Below, one piece after another: positions 50,007 through 58,237 of a DNA stretch of 64,000 nucleotides; positions within the stretch are counted from its first letter, which is position 1, and every line of letters begins with the position of its first letter. This DNA comes from an uncultured Aliarcobacter sp. (GTDB lineage: Bacteria; Campylobacterota; Campylobacteria; Campylobacterales; Arcobacteraceae): assembly GCA_963677435.1 (NCBI GenBank), contig OY781945.1:1568001-1632000 (forward strand), given 5' to 3'. The translations under genes were made by a program, and so were the position numbers. The notes below the pieces were generated by a model. That model did no database searches. It saw only the letters and a list, made by a program, of their open reading frames with translations, and was not told the origin of the DNA.

Positions 50007-51389
50007 TTGAATAATACTTTTTTAGCAATTGATATTGGTTCATCTAATATTACAGCAGTTATTGCAAAACATGATTTAGAATATAATATAAATATATTAG
50101 GTACTGGTATTCAAAAAAGTGGTGGAATTAATAAAGGTCTTATAATAAATATTGAAGAGGCTTCAAAGGCTATTAAAGATGCAGTTTCAATAGCCAAAAG
50201 AACAACTACAGAATTAATAGATACAACAGTTGTATCTATTTCTGGAAGTTATTCTAAAAGTATAAGAAGTAGTGGTTCAGTAAATGTTCCAAATGGACTA
50301 ATTACAGAAACAGAAATAAATCAAGTTATGCAAATGGCTTTATATAATGCAACAATAGTTCCAGAATATGAAGTTGTGCATGTTGTTCCAATATTCTTTA
50401 AAGTGGATGATTCTGTTGAAGTTGACAATCCTTTAAATATGAATGGAAGCCGATTAGAAGTTTCTGTTTATATAGTAACAGCAAAAAGAACAGCTTTAAC
50501 AAATATAAAATCAGCCCTTAAAACATCTGGAATTGAAATTGTTAAATTTGTTTTAGATTCTTATTCATCAGCTTTAGCTGTTCTTGATGATCAACAAAAG
50601 AAGTTTGGTGCTATTGTTATTAATTTAGGTGCTACAACTACAGAGTTTGTATATTTTAAAGGTAATTCAATCATATTTAATGGTTTTATTCCTGTTGGTT
50701 CAAACCATATTACAAATGACTTATCTGTTATGTTACACACACCTCCAACAGCTGCTGAGAAAATTAAATTAGAGTATGGTTCGCTATTAAGAAACTACTC
50801 TCCAAACAACGAATTAGGTGTTACAAAAGTTAAAATTCCTAGAATTGGTGATGAAGAGAGTATTTCTGAAGTTGCCCTTGATTATATTCAAACAATTATT
50901 CACGCAAGAGTTGAAGAAGTTTTAGTTTTAGTAAAAAACAAACTTAAAAAAAGTGGACATTTAGATAATACAGGTTCAGGTATTGTAATTACTGGTGGAA
51001 TGAGTTATCTTGATGGTATCAAAAAACTTGCTGAAAAAATTTATGAAGGCATTCCAATTAGTGTGTCAAATCCAAAAAATATTAAAAATGGTTTTATGAG
51101 TTTCGATGAAGCTAATATGGCTACAATAGTTGGATTATTATTTTACTCTTTAGGTACTAATAGAAGTTATCAATTAGATTCAAGTAAAAAACTTGTTAAG
51201 CCATTAAAAAAAGATAGAATGATGGAGCCAAAAATTTCAGTTGTTGAAAATACTTCTGAAAAACCAATGACACAACATGTAAGAGAAGAGATTCAAATAA
51301 AAGATAATTCTACAATTTTAACACCTTTAGTAAGAGATAAGAAAAAAGGCGTTTCTAAATTCTGGAATAAAGTATCGGAGTGGTTTTAA
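50007..51389 (+). CDS. ftsA: Cell division protein FtsA
   Basis: AIDIGSS, NLGATTT, GSNHITND, AEKIKLEYG, ITGG. Confidence 0.96.
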   Translation: MNNTFLAIDIGSSNITAVIAKHDLEYNINILGTGIQKSGGINKGLIINIEEASKAIKDAVSIAKRTTTELIDTTVVSISGSYSKSIRSSGSVNVPNGLITETEINQVMQMALYNATIVPEYEVVHVVPIFFKVDDSVEVDNPLNMNGSRLEVSVYIVTAKRTALTNIKSALKTSGIEIVKFVLDSYSSALAVLDDQQKKFGAIVINLGATTTEFVYFKGNSIIFNGFIPVGSNHITNDLSVMLHTPPTAAEKIKLEYGSLLRNYSPNNELGVTKVKIPRIGDEESISEVALDYIQTIIHARVEEVLVLVKNKLKKSGHLDNTGSGIVITGGMSYLDGIKKLAEKIYEGIPISVSNPKNIKNGFMSFDEANMATIVGLLFYSLGTNRSYQLDSSKKLVKPLKKDRMMEPKISVVENTSEKPMTQHVREEIQIKDNSTILTPLVRDKKKGVSKFWNKVSEWF

Positions 51390-52531
51390 TGGAAAATTTA
51401 TTTAGAGTTGATGATATAAAAGTGGATATGCCGAGTAAAGTTCTGTCTGATAATGTTGCAAAAATTGCAGTTATTGGTGTAGGTGGTGGTGGTTGTAATA
51501 TGATTAACCACATGATAAATGAAGGTTCTCATAAAATTGATTTAATTGCTGCTAATACAGATTTACAAGTTTTGCATATTTCTAAAGCTCCGAAAAAAAT
51601 ACAATTAGGTCTTAAACTTACAAAAGGTTTAGGTGCTGGTATGAAGCCAGAAGTTGGACGAGATTCAGCAGTTGAGAGTTATGAAGAGATTAAAGCTACT
51701 TTAAAAGGTGCTGATATTATTTTTATTGCTGCTGGTCTTGGTGGTGGAACTGGAACTGGAGCTGCTGCTATTATTGCAAAAGCTGCAAAAGAGATTGGAG
51801 CATTAACTGTTTCTGTTGTTACAAAACCATTTACATGGGAAGGTAAAAAAAGAGCAGGTTTAGCAAATCTTGGACTTGAAGAACTTAAAAAAGTAAGTGA
51901 TTCAATTATCATCGTACCAAATGATAGATTATTAGAAATTATTGATGAAAATGTAGGGATGAAAGATGCCTTTAAAATTATTGATAATATTTTATACCAA
52001 GCTGTAAATGGAATGTCTGAAGTTATTTTAAATCCAGGTAATTCTGATATTAATACAGACTTTGCAGATGTTAAAACAATCATGCAACACAAAGGTATGG
52101 CATTAATGGGAATAGGGAGAGCAAAGGGTGAAAATGCTGCTCAAAGAGCCTTAGAAGATGCTATTGATTCTCCTTTACTTGATAAAGTTTCACTAAATGG
52201 AGCAAAAGGTATTTTAATTCACTTTAATATTCATCCACAAGTTTCATTATTTGCTATTAATGATGTAATGGGAACTATAAATGATAGAATGGATTCAAAC
52301 GCTGAGATTATCTTTGGTACAACTTCAGATAGTACACTAGAAAAAGATGAAGTAAAAATCACTATTGTTGCAACTGGATTTGAATCTAAAAATGATGAAC
52401 ATGAAGAAGCAACTGAAGGTACAGAAGAAGCAAATAATCAAAATAATGCTCTTTTAGCTGATAGCAATGAGAATTATTATGATACACCACCTTTAATGAG
52501 AGATTATATAGTTCAATATCAATTGAACTAA
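51389..52531 (+). CDS. ftsZ: Cell division protein FtsZ
   Basis: GVGGGG, NTD, GLGAG, GGGTGTG, DFADV; ATG 51389 overlaps the ftsA stop. Confidence 0.98.
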   Translation: MENLFRVDDIKVDMPSKVLSDNVAKIAVIGVGGGGCNMINHMINEGSHKIDLIAANTDLQVLHISKAPKKIQLGLKLTKGLGAGMKPEVGRDSAVESYEEIKATLKGADIIFIAAGLGGGTGTGAAAIIAKAAKEIGALTVSVVTKPFTWEGKKRAGLANLGLEELKKVSDSIIIVPNDRLLEIIDENVGMKDAFKIIDNILYQAVNGMSEVILNPGNSDINTDFADVKTIMQHKGMALMGIGRAKGENAAQRALEDAIDSPLLDKVSLNGAKGILIHFNIHPQVSLFAINDVMGTINDRMDSNAEIIFGTTSDSTLEKDEVKITIVATGFESKNDEHEEATEGTEEANNQNNALLADSNENYYDTPPLMRDYIVQYQLN

Positions 52532-52539
52532 TCTCTTAA

Positions 52540-52577
52540 AAAAAAAGGCTTTAAACGAAAGTTTAAAGCCTTTTTTT
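52540..52577. terminator. Bidirectional intrinsic terminator
   Basis: AAAAAAAGGCTTTAAAC-GAAA-GTTTAAAGCCTTTTTTT between convergent genes. Confidence 0.9.
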
Positions 52578-52584
52578 ATGCCTA

Positions 52585-53676
52585 TTAGATTTGGAAATCT
52601 ATAGGTTTATTTTTCTTTTCATCATCCCACTCAAAGATAAAACACATTGGTAATTTGTCATATTTATTTAAAATCTTAGCAGTAATTAAACCTGATATAA
52701 ATATAGAAATAATCGCAAGAGCAGAAGAAAATGCTAAAGTTGAAAGACCAGATAAACCTTGCCCAACTGTACAACCAATGGCTAAAATCCCACCAGTTCC
52801 CATTAATGCTCCACCAATCATATTGTATTTTACTTTATTAAATGTTTGACTTGAAGTACATCCAAAACTATATTTTTTATTCGCAAAAGACATAAGAAAA
52901 GTTCCAAGTAATACACCACAAATAATTGTAATACCAAATGATAACTCATTTACTTGATAATATGTAAACAGTTCTAAAGTTTTAGCTGTTGGATAAACAA
53001 AAGTAATACTAGAAAGTTCAATCTCTCTTTCCATACTATCTGCTCCAATATAACCACTTACAAACCAAGCAGTACTAACTAACAATCCAATTAAAACTCC
53101 ATCAACTAAAGAAAAAATTCTTTTTACTTTTTTTACTAAAACCAATAAAATCACTATTAAAATAGCTAAAACTACAAATATATTCATTTGAACATTTTTG
53201 ATATTTGATGAAAGTTCTATTAAAAAAGCATTATTTGTAAATGGACTTAAAACTCCATATAACAAGCCTTTTGTAGTTGCATAAGCAAAAATAGCAATAA
53301 ATATTAAAGTAATCAAAGCATTTGAATCACCTTGTGCATATTTAACTAAACTTCTACTACTACAACCATCTGCAATCATCATCCCTGTTCCAAAAAGTAG
53401 TCCACCAAAAATTATTGCAAAATAGTTTATATTGCTTTTAAAATAATTTGATTGAGTTAAATCTATATCAAAATGATTAGCCATCAAAGTTGTAGAAATT
53501 ATGGCAATAATCATAGCCATAATAACAGAAGCACCTCTTTTGGTAGATTTCATAAGAATATAATCTTTAATTGAACCACTAAAACAAAATTGGTTTTTTT
53601 GAGCAATTACACCAAAGGCAATTCCTATAAATAAACCTAAAATATTAACTATTTCATAAATTTCTAAATCAAACAT
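52585..53676 (-). CDS. YeeE/YedE family sulfur (thiosulfate) transporter
   Basis: QFCF, GMMIADGCSS, GGILAIGCTVGQGLSG conserved Cys motifs. Confidence 0.9.
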   Translation of the reverse strand: MFDLEIYEIVNILGLFIGIAFGVIAQKNQFCFSGSIKDYILMKSTKRGASVIMAMIIAIISTTLMANHFDIDLTQSNYFKSNINYFAIIFGGLLFGTGMMIADGCSSRSLVKYAQGDSNALITLIFIAIFAYATTKGLLYGVLSPFTNNAFLIELSSNIKNVQMNIFVVLAILIVILLVLVKKVKRIFSLVDGVLIGLLVSTAWFVSGYIGADSMEREIELSSITFVYPTAKTLELFTYYQVNELSFGITIICGVLLGTFLMSFANKKYSFGCTSSQTFNKVKYNMIGGALMGTGGILAIGCTVGQGLSGLSTLAFSSALAIISIFISGLITAKILNKYDKLPMCFIFEWDDEKKNKPIDFQI

Positions 53677-53678
53677 TT

Positions 53679-53942
53679 TTATATATCATCCTCATCATCT
53701 GTCATGTCTTCTAAATCTTGAAGAATTTTAACTGCATCTTCTTCACTTAGAATCTTTTTATCAATATGTAATAAAACTTGTTCATAATATTTTTTTACAT
53801 CTAACATATAATCTAATTCAACTTTTAAGTCTTCACTATCTTTTTGTTTTAATAGAAATTTTTCTATTACTTTTATCTCTTCATTTACTTGAATTAAAAC
53901 CTCAGTTTTTAATAACTTTTCTAATTGATCTATTACATTCAT
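53679..53942 (-). CDS. Hypothetical protein
   Basis: 87-aa helical ORF with AAGGA SD, in operon position. Confidence 0.75.
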   Translation of the reverse strand: MNVIDQLEKLLKTEVLIQVNEEIKVIEKFLLKQKDSEDLKVELDYMLDVKKYYEQVLLHIDKKILSEEDAVKILQDLEDMTDDEDDI

Positions 53943-53954
53943 AATTATTTCCTT

Positions 53955-54989
53955 TTATTTTATGTGATTGTTTACTGTATTTGGAATTATCATTCCGCTT
54001 GCTTGATATTTTAGTGCATCTGGGTAATTTTTGTAATGATTTCTTACAACTTGCGCCAACTTCTCTTTTGTTTGGGTATTTATTACTCCATTATTTTCAA
54101 TATTATTTATAATATTTTCTAACAATTCATTTTGTGGGATTTGCATTTTTGTAATCCAAGTTTGTAATAAAGCTCTATTTACAAATTTTGGAAGTGAACC
54201 CATAATCCCTACATCATTTTGATTATGTATCAAAAGTCCTGAAGTTGTACCTCTATCAAGTGTTAAAACTTGGAAAAGATATAAAGTGTGGTAATCAAGT
54301 TGTTTTTTAATATCTTGAACACTAAATGTTTGTCTTGTCTCAAAAGCATTTGCAATTATATTTATATATGTATCAATAACAGCTTTACCAAAATCCAAGG
54401 CAAAATCAAAATCTTTTTGATTATCCAAAGTTTTATAGTTTTCTAAATAAAAATGAGAAACACCTCTGTGTCTGTTTAAAGCTGGAATAAAAAAGTATTT
54501 TTCCCCTTGTTTTGTTCCTTCTTCATAATTCTCTTTTGAAATTTCCTTTATACATTCATCAAATATCTTTTTATCTTCATCATTTTGTATACTTGGGTTT
54601 AAATCAGCCATAATTCGCCAATAAGAGTTCCCATCCTTTAAACATGTCAAACTAATGTGCATATGAATTGAGGGAACATTGGGGTTTTTAGGATGAATAA
54701 TAGTTGAAATCGCCGTTGCACTTTGTAGATTTTTATTTGGATTATTATCATAGTGAATTTGTGAAACATTTACACTTGCTGTATTAAATAAAACTTCATC
54801 CCTTGCTTCAAATCTATCTCCACCACCACAAAGCCCATCTTCTCTTAACCAAATTACATCTTCAAATTTTTTATTTTCTCCAAATTTAGCACTTAAACCA
54901 TCTAGTTTATCAACAAATCTTTTTTGTAAAGTTTTTACTAAATTATATGCATTTATCGCATTTGTTGATTTTGCCATTATCATATTCAT
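53955..54989 (-). CDS. hemF: Oxygen-dependent coproporphyrinogen III oxidase
   Basis: ASVNVS, STIIHPKNPNVPSIHMH, ADLNP, YFFIP...HRGV, DRGTTSGL; ATG 54989 has AGGA SD. Confidence 0.85.
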   Translation of the reverse strand: MNMIMAKSTNAINAYNLVKTLQKRFVDKLDGLSAKFGENKKFEDVIWLREDGLCGGGDRFEARDEVLFNTASVNVSQIHYDNNPNKNLQSATAISTIIHPKNPNVPSIHMHISLTCLKDGNSYWRIMADLNPSIQNDEDKKIFDECIKEISKENYEEGTKQGEKYFFIPALNRHRGVSHFYLENYKTLDNQKDFDFALDFGKAVIDTYINIIANAFETRQTFSVQDIKKQLDYHTLYLFQVLTLDRGTTSGLLIHNQNDVGIMGSLPKFVNRALLQTWITKMQIPQNELLENIINNIENNGVINTQTKEKLAQVVRNHYKNYPDALKYQASGMIIPNTVNNHIK

Positions 54990-55092
54990 TTTCAAATCCT
55001 GCTATATATCTTTTTTATGGACAATTATATATAAATTTACTTATGAATAAGAAAGAAAATCATACAATGACAAAAAATGCACAGGAGCTAGT

Positions 55093-55542
55093 ATGGAAAA
55101 TATTTTAAATTACATCAAAATAAACGAGCTTATCTCAACATCAGGTCAACCAAAAGCAGAACAATTTGAGTTAATTCAAAATCAAGGTTTTGAAGTGGTT
55201 ATAAATTTAGCTTTATATAATGCTTCAAACGCAATTGAAAATGAAAACAAAGTTGTAACCGACTTAGGCATGAGTTATTTTCATATTCCTGTAAATTTTG
55301 AAAATCCCTCATTAAGTGATTTAAAACTATTTTTAAATACATTACAAGCACTTGGAGGAAATAAAGTTTGGGTTCACTGTGCAAAAAACTACAGAGTAAG
55401 TGCTTTTATGTATGTTTATCATAAATATATTTTAAGAACTCCATTTGAGTATATTGATTTATCAATATTTGATATTTGGTCACCAAGTTTACCTTGGCAA
55501 GAACTTATGAAAGTAAATCTTGAGGATTTGTATAAGGTGTAA
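55093..55542 (+). CDS. Tyrosine-phosphatase-like/DUF442-type protein
   Basis: TSGQP, VVINL, HIPV, VHCAKNYR (C-x4-R). Confidence 0.8.
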   Translation: MENILNYIKINELISTSGQPKAEQFELIQNQGFEVVINLALYNASNAIENENKVVTDLGMSYFHIPVNFENPSLSDLKLFLNTLQALGGNKVWVHCAKNYRVSAFMYVYHKYILRTPFEYIDLSIFDIWSPSLPWQELMKVNLEDLYKV

Positions 55543-55609
55543 TTAAATAATAAATCATAGTCTTATGATAGTTTTGATACCATACGAGCCTTAATTTAAC
55601 AAAAATAGA

Positions 55610-56728
55610 TTGGAAAAAAGTTTGAAGATAGAGACAAATATTGCAAAATTTAACGAACATTTATATCTTGAGAGTGGACGACTTTTAGAGTCTTTTGAAA
55701 TCATTTATGAAACTTATGGTGAACTAAATGAAGATAAATCAAATGTAATTGTTATTTGTCATGCCTTATCAGGAAGTCATCATGCAGCTGGTCGTTATGC
55801 AGATGAAGCAAAAGCTGGATGGTGGGATAAATTCATAGGTGATGGAAAAGCAATAGATACAAGAAAATATTTTGTAATTTGTTCAAATAATATTGGAAGT
55901 TCTTTTGGTTCTACAAATCCTATGAGCATAGACCCTTCAACAAAAAAAGAGTATAGATTAAAATTTCCAGTTCTTGCAATTTCAGATATTGTAAAAGCCC
56001 AAATGAAACTATACAAAAGATTAGGTATTTCAAATGCTGTTGCTGTAATTGGTGGAAGCATGGGTGGAATGCAAGCTCTTTGTTATGCAATCGAACATCC
56101 AACTTTTGCAAAAGATATTATAGCTCTTGCAACAACTGCATACACAAGACCTTGGGCGATAGCTTTTAATAAAATTGGAATGGAAGCTATAAGACATGAC
56201 CCAGCGTTTAAAAATGGAAACTATAAAAAAGATGATCCAAAAGCTTTGGGACTTCCAGGACTTGCTGTTGGAAGAATGGCTGGCTTAATCTGTTATTTAA
56301 GTCCTAATTTTTTTAATAATAGATTTGGACGAGATTATTCATCAACAGATGGATTATATGAATTATTTGGAAGATTTGAAGTTGAGAAATATTTAGAATA
56401 TAACTCTTATGCCTTTCCAAATATTTTTGATCCACTTTCATATTTGTATGTTTGTAAAACAATGAATATTTTTGATGCAGGAAGAAATAAAGATAAATTA
56501 GCTGATTCTTTTGATAAAGTTCAAGCAAATCTGCATTTAATCGCCTTTAGTGATGACATGTTATTTTTTCCACAAGAGATGGAAGAGATACGAGATATTA
56601 TGATAAAACTAGGTCGAGAAGATAAAGTAACATATAAATTAGTGCAAAGCCAATCGGGGCATGATTCGTTTTTGGTAGAAGTAGAGAAGTTTGAAGACCA
56701 TGTAAGAGAAATTTTAAAGGATAAATAA
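55610..56728 (+). CDS. metX: Homoserine O-acyltransferase
   Basis: CHALSGSHH, GWW, GGSMGGMQ, GHDSFL; start may be TTG 55622. Confidence 0.95.
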   Translation: MEKSLKIETNIAKFNEHLYLESGRLLESFEIIYETYGELNEDKSNVIVICHALSGSHHAAGRYADEAKAGWWDKFIGDGKAIDTRKYFVICSNNIGSSFGSTNPMSIDPSTKKEYRLKFPVLAISDIVKAQMKLYKRLGISNAVAVIGGSMGGMQALCYAIEHPTFAKDIIALATTAYTRPWAIAFNKIGMEAIRHDPAFKNGNYKKDDPKALGLPGLAVGRMAGLICYLSPNFFNNRFGRDYSSTDGLYELFGRFEVEKYLEYNSYAFPNIFDPLSYLYVCKTMNIFDAGRNKDKLADSFDKVQANLHLIAFSDDMLFFPQEMEEIRDIMIKLGREDKVTYKLVQSQSGHDSFLVEVEKFEDHVREILKDK

Positions 56729-56932
56729 ATGCTAGATACAAAAGAGATAGAACAAATAAATTTTGAAGAGAAAATCATAAAAGCAAAAGAGCTTTTAGAA
56801 AAACTATCAAACCCACAAATTACATTAAGTGATTCAATAAAAGTATATAAAACTGGTGTAAAAGAGTTAGATGAAGCTCAAAAACTTCTAGATGAAGCAA
56901 AACTAATCTTCTCAACTGCAAATAAAGAATAA
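56729..56932 (+). CDS. xseB: Exodeoxyribonuclease VII small subunit
   Basis: FEEKI...LEKL....ITLSDSIKVYKTG...LDEA. Confidence 0.9.
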   Translation: MLDTKEIEQINFEEKIIKAKELLEKLSNPQITLSDSIKVYKTGVKELDEAQKLLDEAKLIFSTANKE

Positions 56933-57007
56933 ATATAACAAATTGAGATATTTTTTTAACTACTAAAAAATATTTGATAAACTTCTTCAACTAACAAGGA
57001 GAAGTTT

Positions 57008-57667
57008 ATGAAATCTATCAAACAACTAGAAAACATAGATAAACCAAGAGAAAAACTTATCAAAAAAGGTGCAAGTGCACTAAAAGATTATGAACTTTTA
57101 GCCGTTCTTTTAGGAAGTGGAGTTCAAGGCAAAGATGTAATAAAACTATCCCAAGAAATCATAAAACTTTTTGAAGAGGATTTTGAAAATCTAAGCTTAG
57201 AAAAATTATCTTCAATTCATGGTTTAGGACTAACAAAAGCTTCACAGATTCTTAGTTCCATAGAATTATCACGCAGATACCTAATCAAACAAAACAAAAA
57301 AATAAGCTGCTCAAATGATGTATATAATGAACTAAAAGAGTATCACAATAAACAACAAGAGTATTTCCTAGCTTTATATCTCGATGGTGCAAATCATTTA
57401 ATCCAAACAAAAGTAATAACTATAGGAATCCTAAATCAAAGCCTAGTTCATCCAAGGGAAGTATTTTCTTATGCAATCGAAAAAAGATGCGCTAGTATAA
57501 TCGTAGCCCACAATCACCCAAGTGGAATATTACAAGCTAGCAGTGAAGATATAAATGTAACAAAAAGATTAAAAGAGAGTGGAAAAATATTAGGAATCGA
57601 ACTACTTGACCATTTGATAATCACAAGTGATGGATATTTGAGTTTGAAAGAAGAGGGTGTTTTGTGA
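57008..57667 (+). CDS. radC: RadC/JAB domain protein (full length)
   Basis: KPREKL...ELLAVLLGSG, HhH, VHPREVF, HNHPSG, LLDH. Confidence 0.95.
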   Translation: MKSIKQLENIDKPREKLIKKGASALKDYELLAVLLGSGVQGKDVIKLSQEIIKLFEEDFENLSLEKLSSIHGLGLTKASQILSSIELSRRYLIKQNKKISCSNDVYNELKEYHNKQQEYFLALYLDGANHLIQTKVITIGILNQSLVHPREVFSYAIEKRCASIIVAHNHPSGILQASSEDINVTKRLKESGKILGIELLDHLIITSDGYLSLKEEGVL

Positions 57668-58074
57668 TGTTTTTAGATAATGATGATGAAATATTTAATC
57701 AATGGAATGATGTAAAAAAGAGAACACAAGAAAAAACAATTACTGCTTATTTTAGAGAAAGAGAAATTTATTGGGCTAATCTTGGTAAAAATATAGGTTA
57801 TGAACAAAATGGGAAAGGCGAAGATTTTATGAGACCACTTTTAATTTTTAGGAAATATAATAACAAACTTTTTTGTGGAATACCTTTATCAACAACAATT
57901 AGAGAAGGTAGCTTTTTTTATAATTTTGATTTTTTAGATGATAAAACTAGTAGTGCATTATTAGTTCAAGCAAAAACTTTTGATGTAAAAAGACTTGATA
58001 GAAAAATTGGTACTATAAATATAGATGATTTTGAAAAACTTGAATTAAAATTTAAGAAGTTGATGAAGTTTTGA
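57664..58074 (+). CDS. PemK/MazF-like endoribonuclease toxin
   Basis: REIYWANLGKNIGYEQNGKG..FMRPLLI...GIPLST...QAKTFDVKRL.RKIG matches the PemK pattern (G.E...RP...PLT..Q...D..R). Confidence 0.85.
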   Translation: MMFLDNDDEIFNQWNDVKKRTQEKTITAYFREREIYWANLGKNIGYEQNGKGEDFMRPLLIFRKYNNKLFCGIPLSTTIREGSFFYNFDFLDDKTSSALLVQAKTFDVKRLDRKIGTINIDDFEKLELKFKKLMKF

Positions 58075-58122
58075 TTTTCCCCTCTTACTAAAAGTAAGAG
58101 AGTAGTCCCGAAGGAAAATTGT
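58074..58122 (-). ncRNA. Candidate small structured RNA convergent with the PemK/MazF-like gene (3' end unknown)
   Basis: Predicted 5'-ACAAUUUUCCUUCGGGACUACUCUCUUACUUUUAGUAAGAGGGGAAAAU: UCC-UUCG-GGA hairpin plus a 10-bp hairpin with a G-U pair valid only on this strand; lies directly downstream of a strong promoter. Confidence 0.55.
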
Positions 58123-58128
58123 AAGCGC

Positions 58129-58157
58129 ATTTTATCAGATAACAGTATTTTTGTCAA
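58129..58157 (-). promoter_or_regulatory. sigma70 promoter pointing at the toxin 3' end
   Basis: TTGACA (58157-58152), 17-bp spacer, TAAAAT (58134-58129), with extended -10 TGn. Confidence 0.75.
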
Positions 58158-58179
58158 ATTAAAATCTTCTCTTAGCCCT

Positions 58180-58208
58180 TTGACTACTTAGTTTTAGTAA
58201 AATAATAT
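58180..58208 (+). promoter_or_regulatory. Candidate sigma70 promoter of hsdMSR
   Basis: TTGACT (58180-58185), 17 bp, TAATAT (58203-58208); AAGGA SD follows. Confidence 0.45.
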
Positions 58209-58237
58209 TACTAATAATCAAGGAAATATATACAAAT

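Noticed and set aside
58082..58100. Hairpin after the toxin gene as a simple plus-strand terminator
   Set aside because: No following U-tract. Stem extension (G-U pair), the UUCG loop and the promoter all favour the minus strand. A terminator role is not fully excluded.
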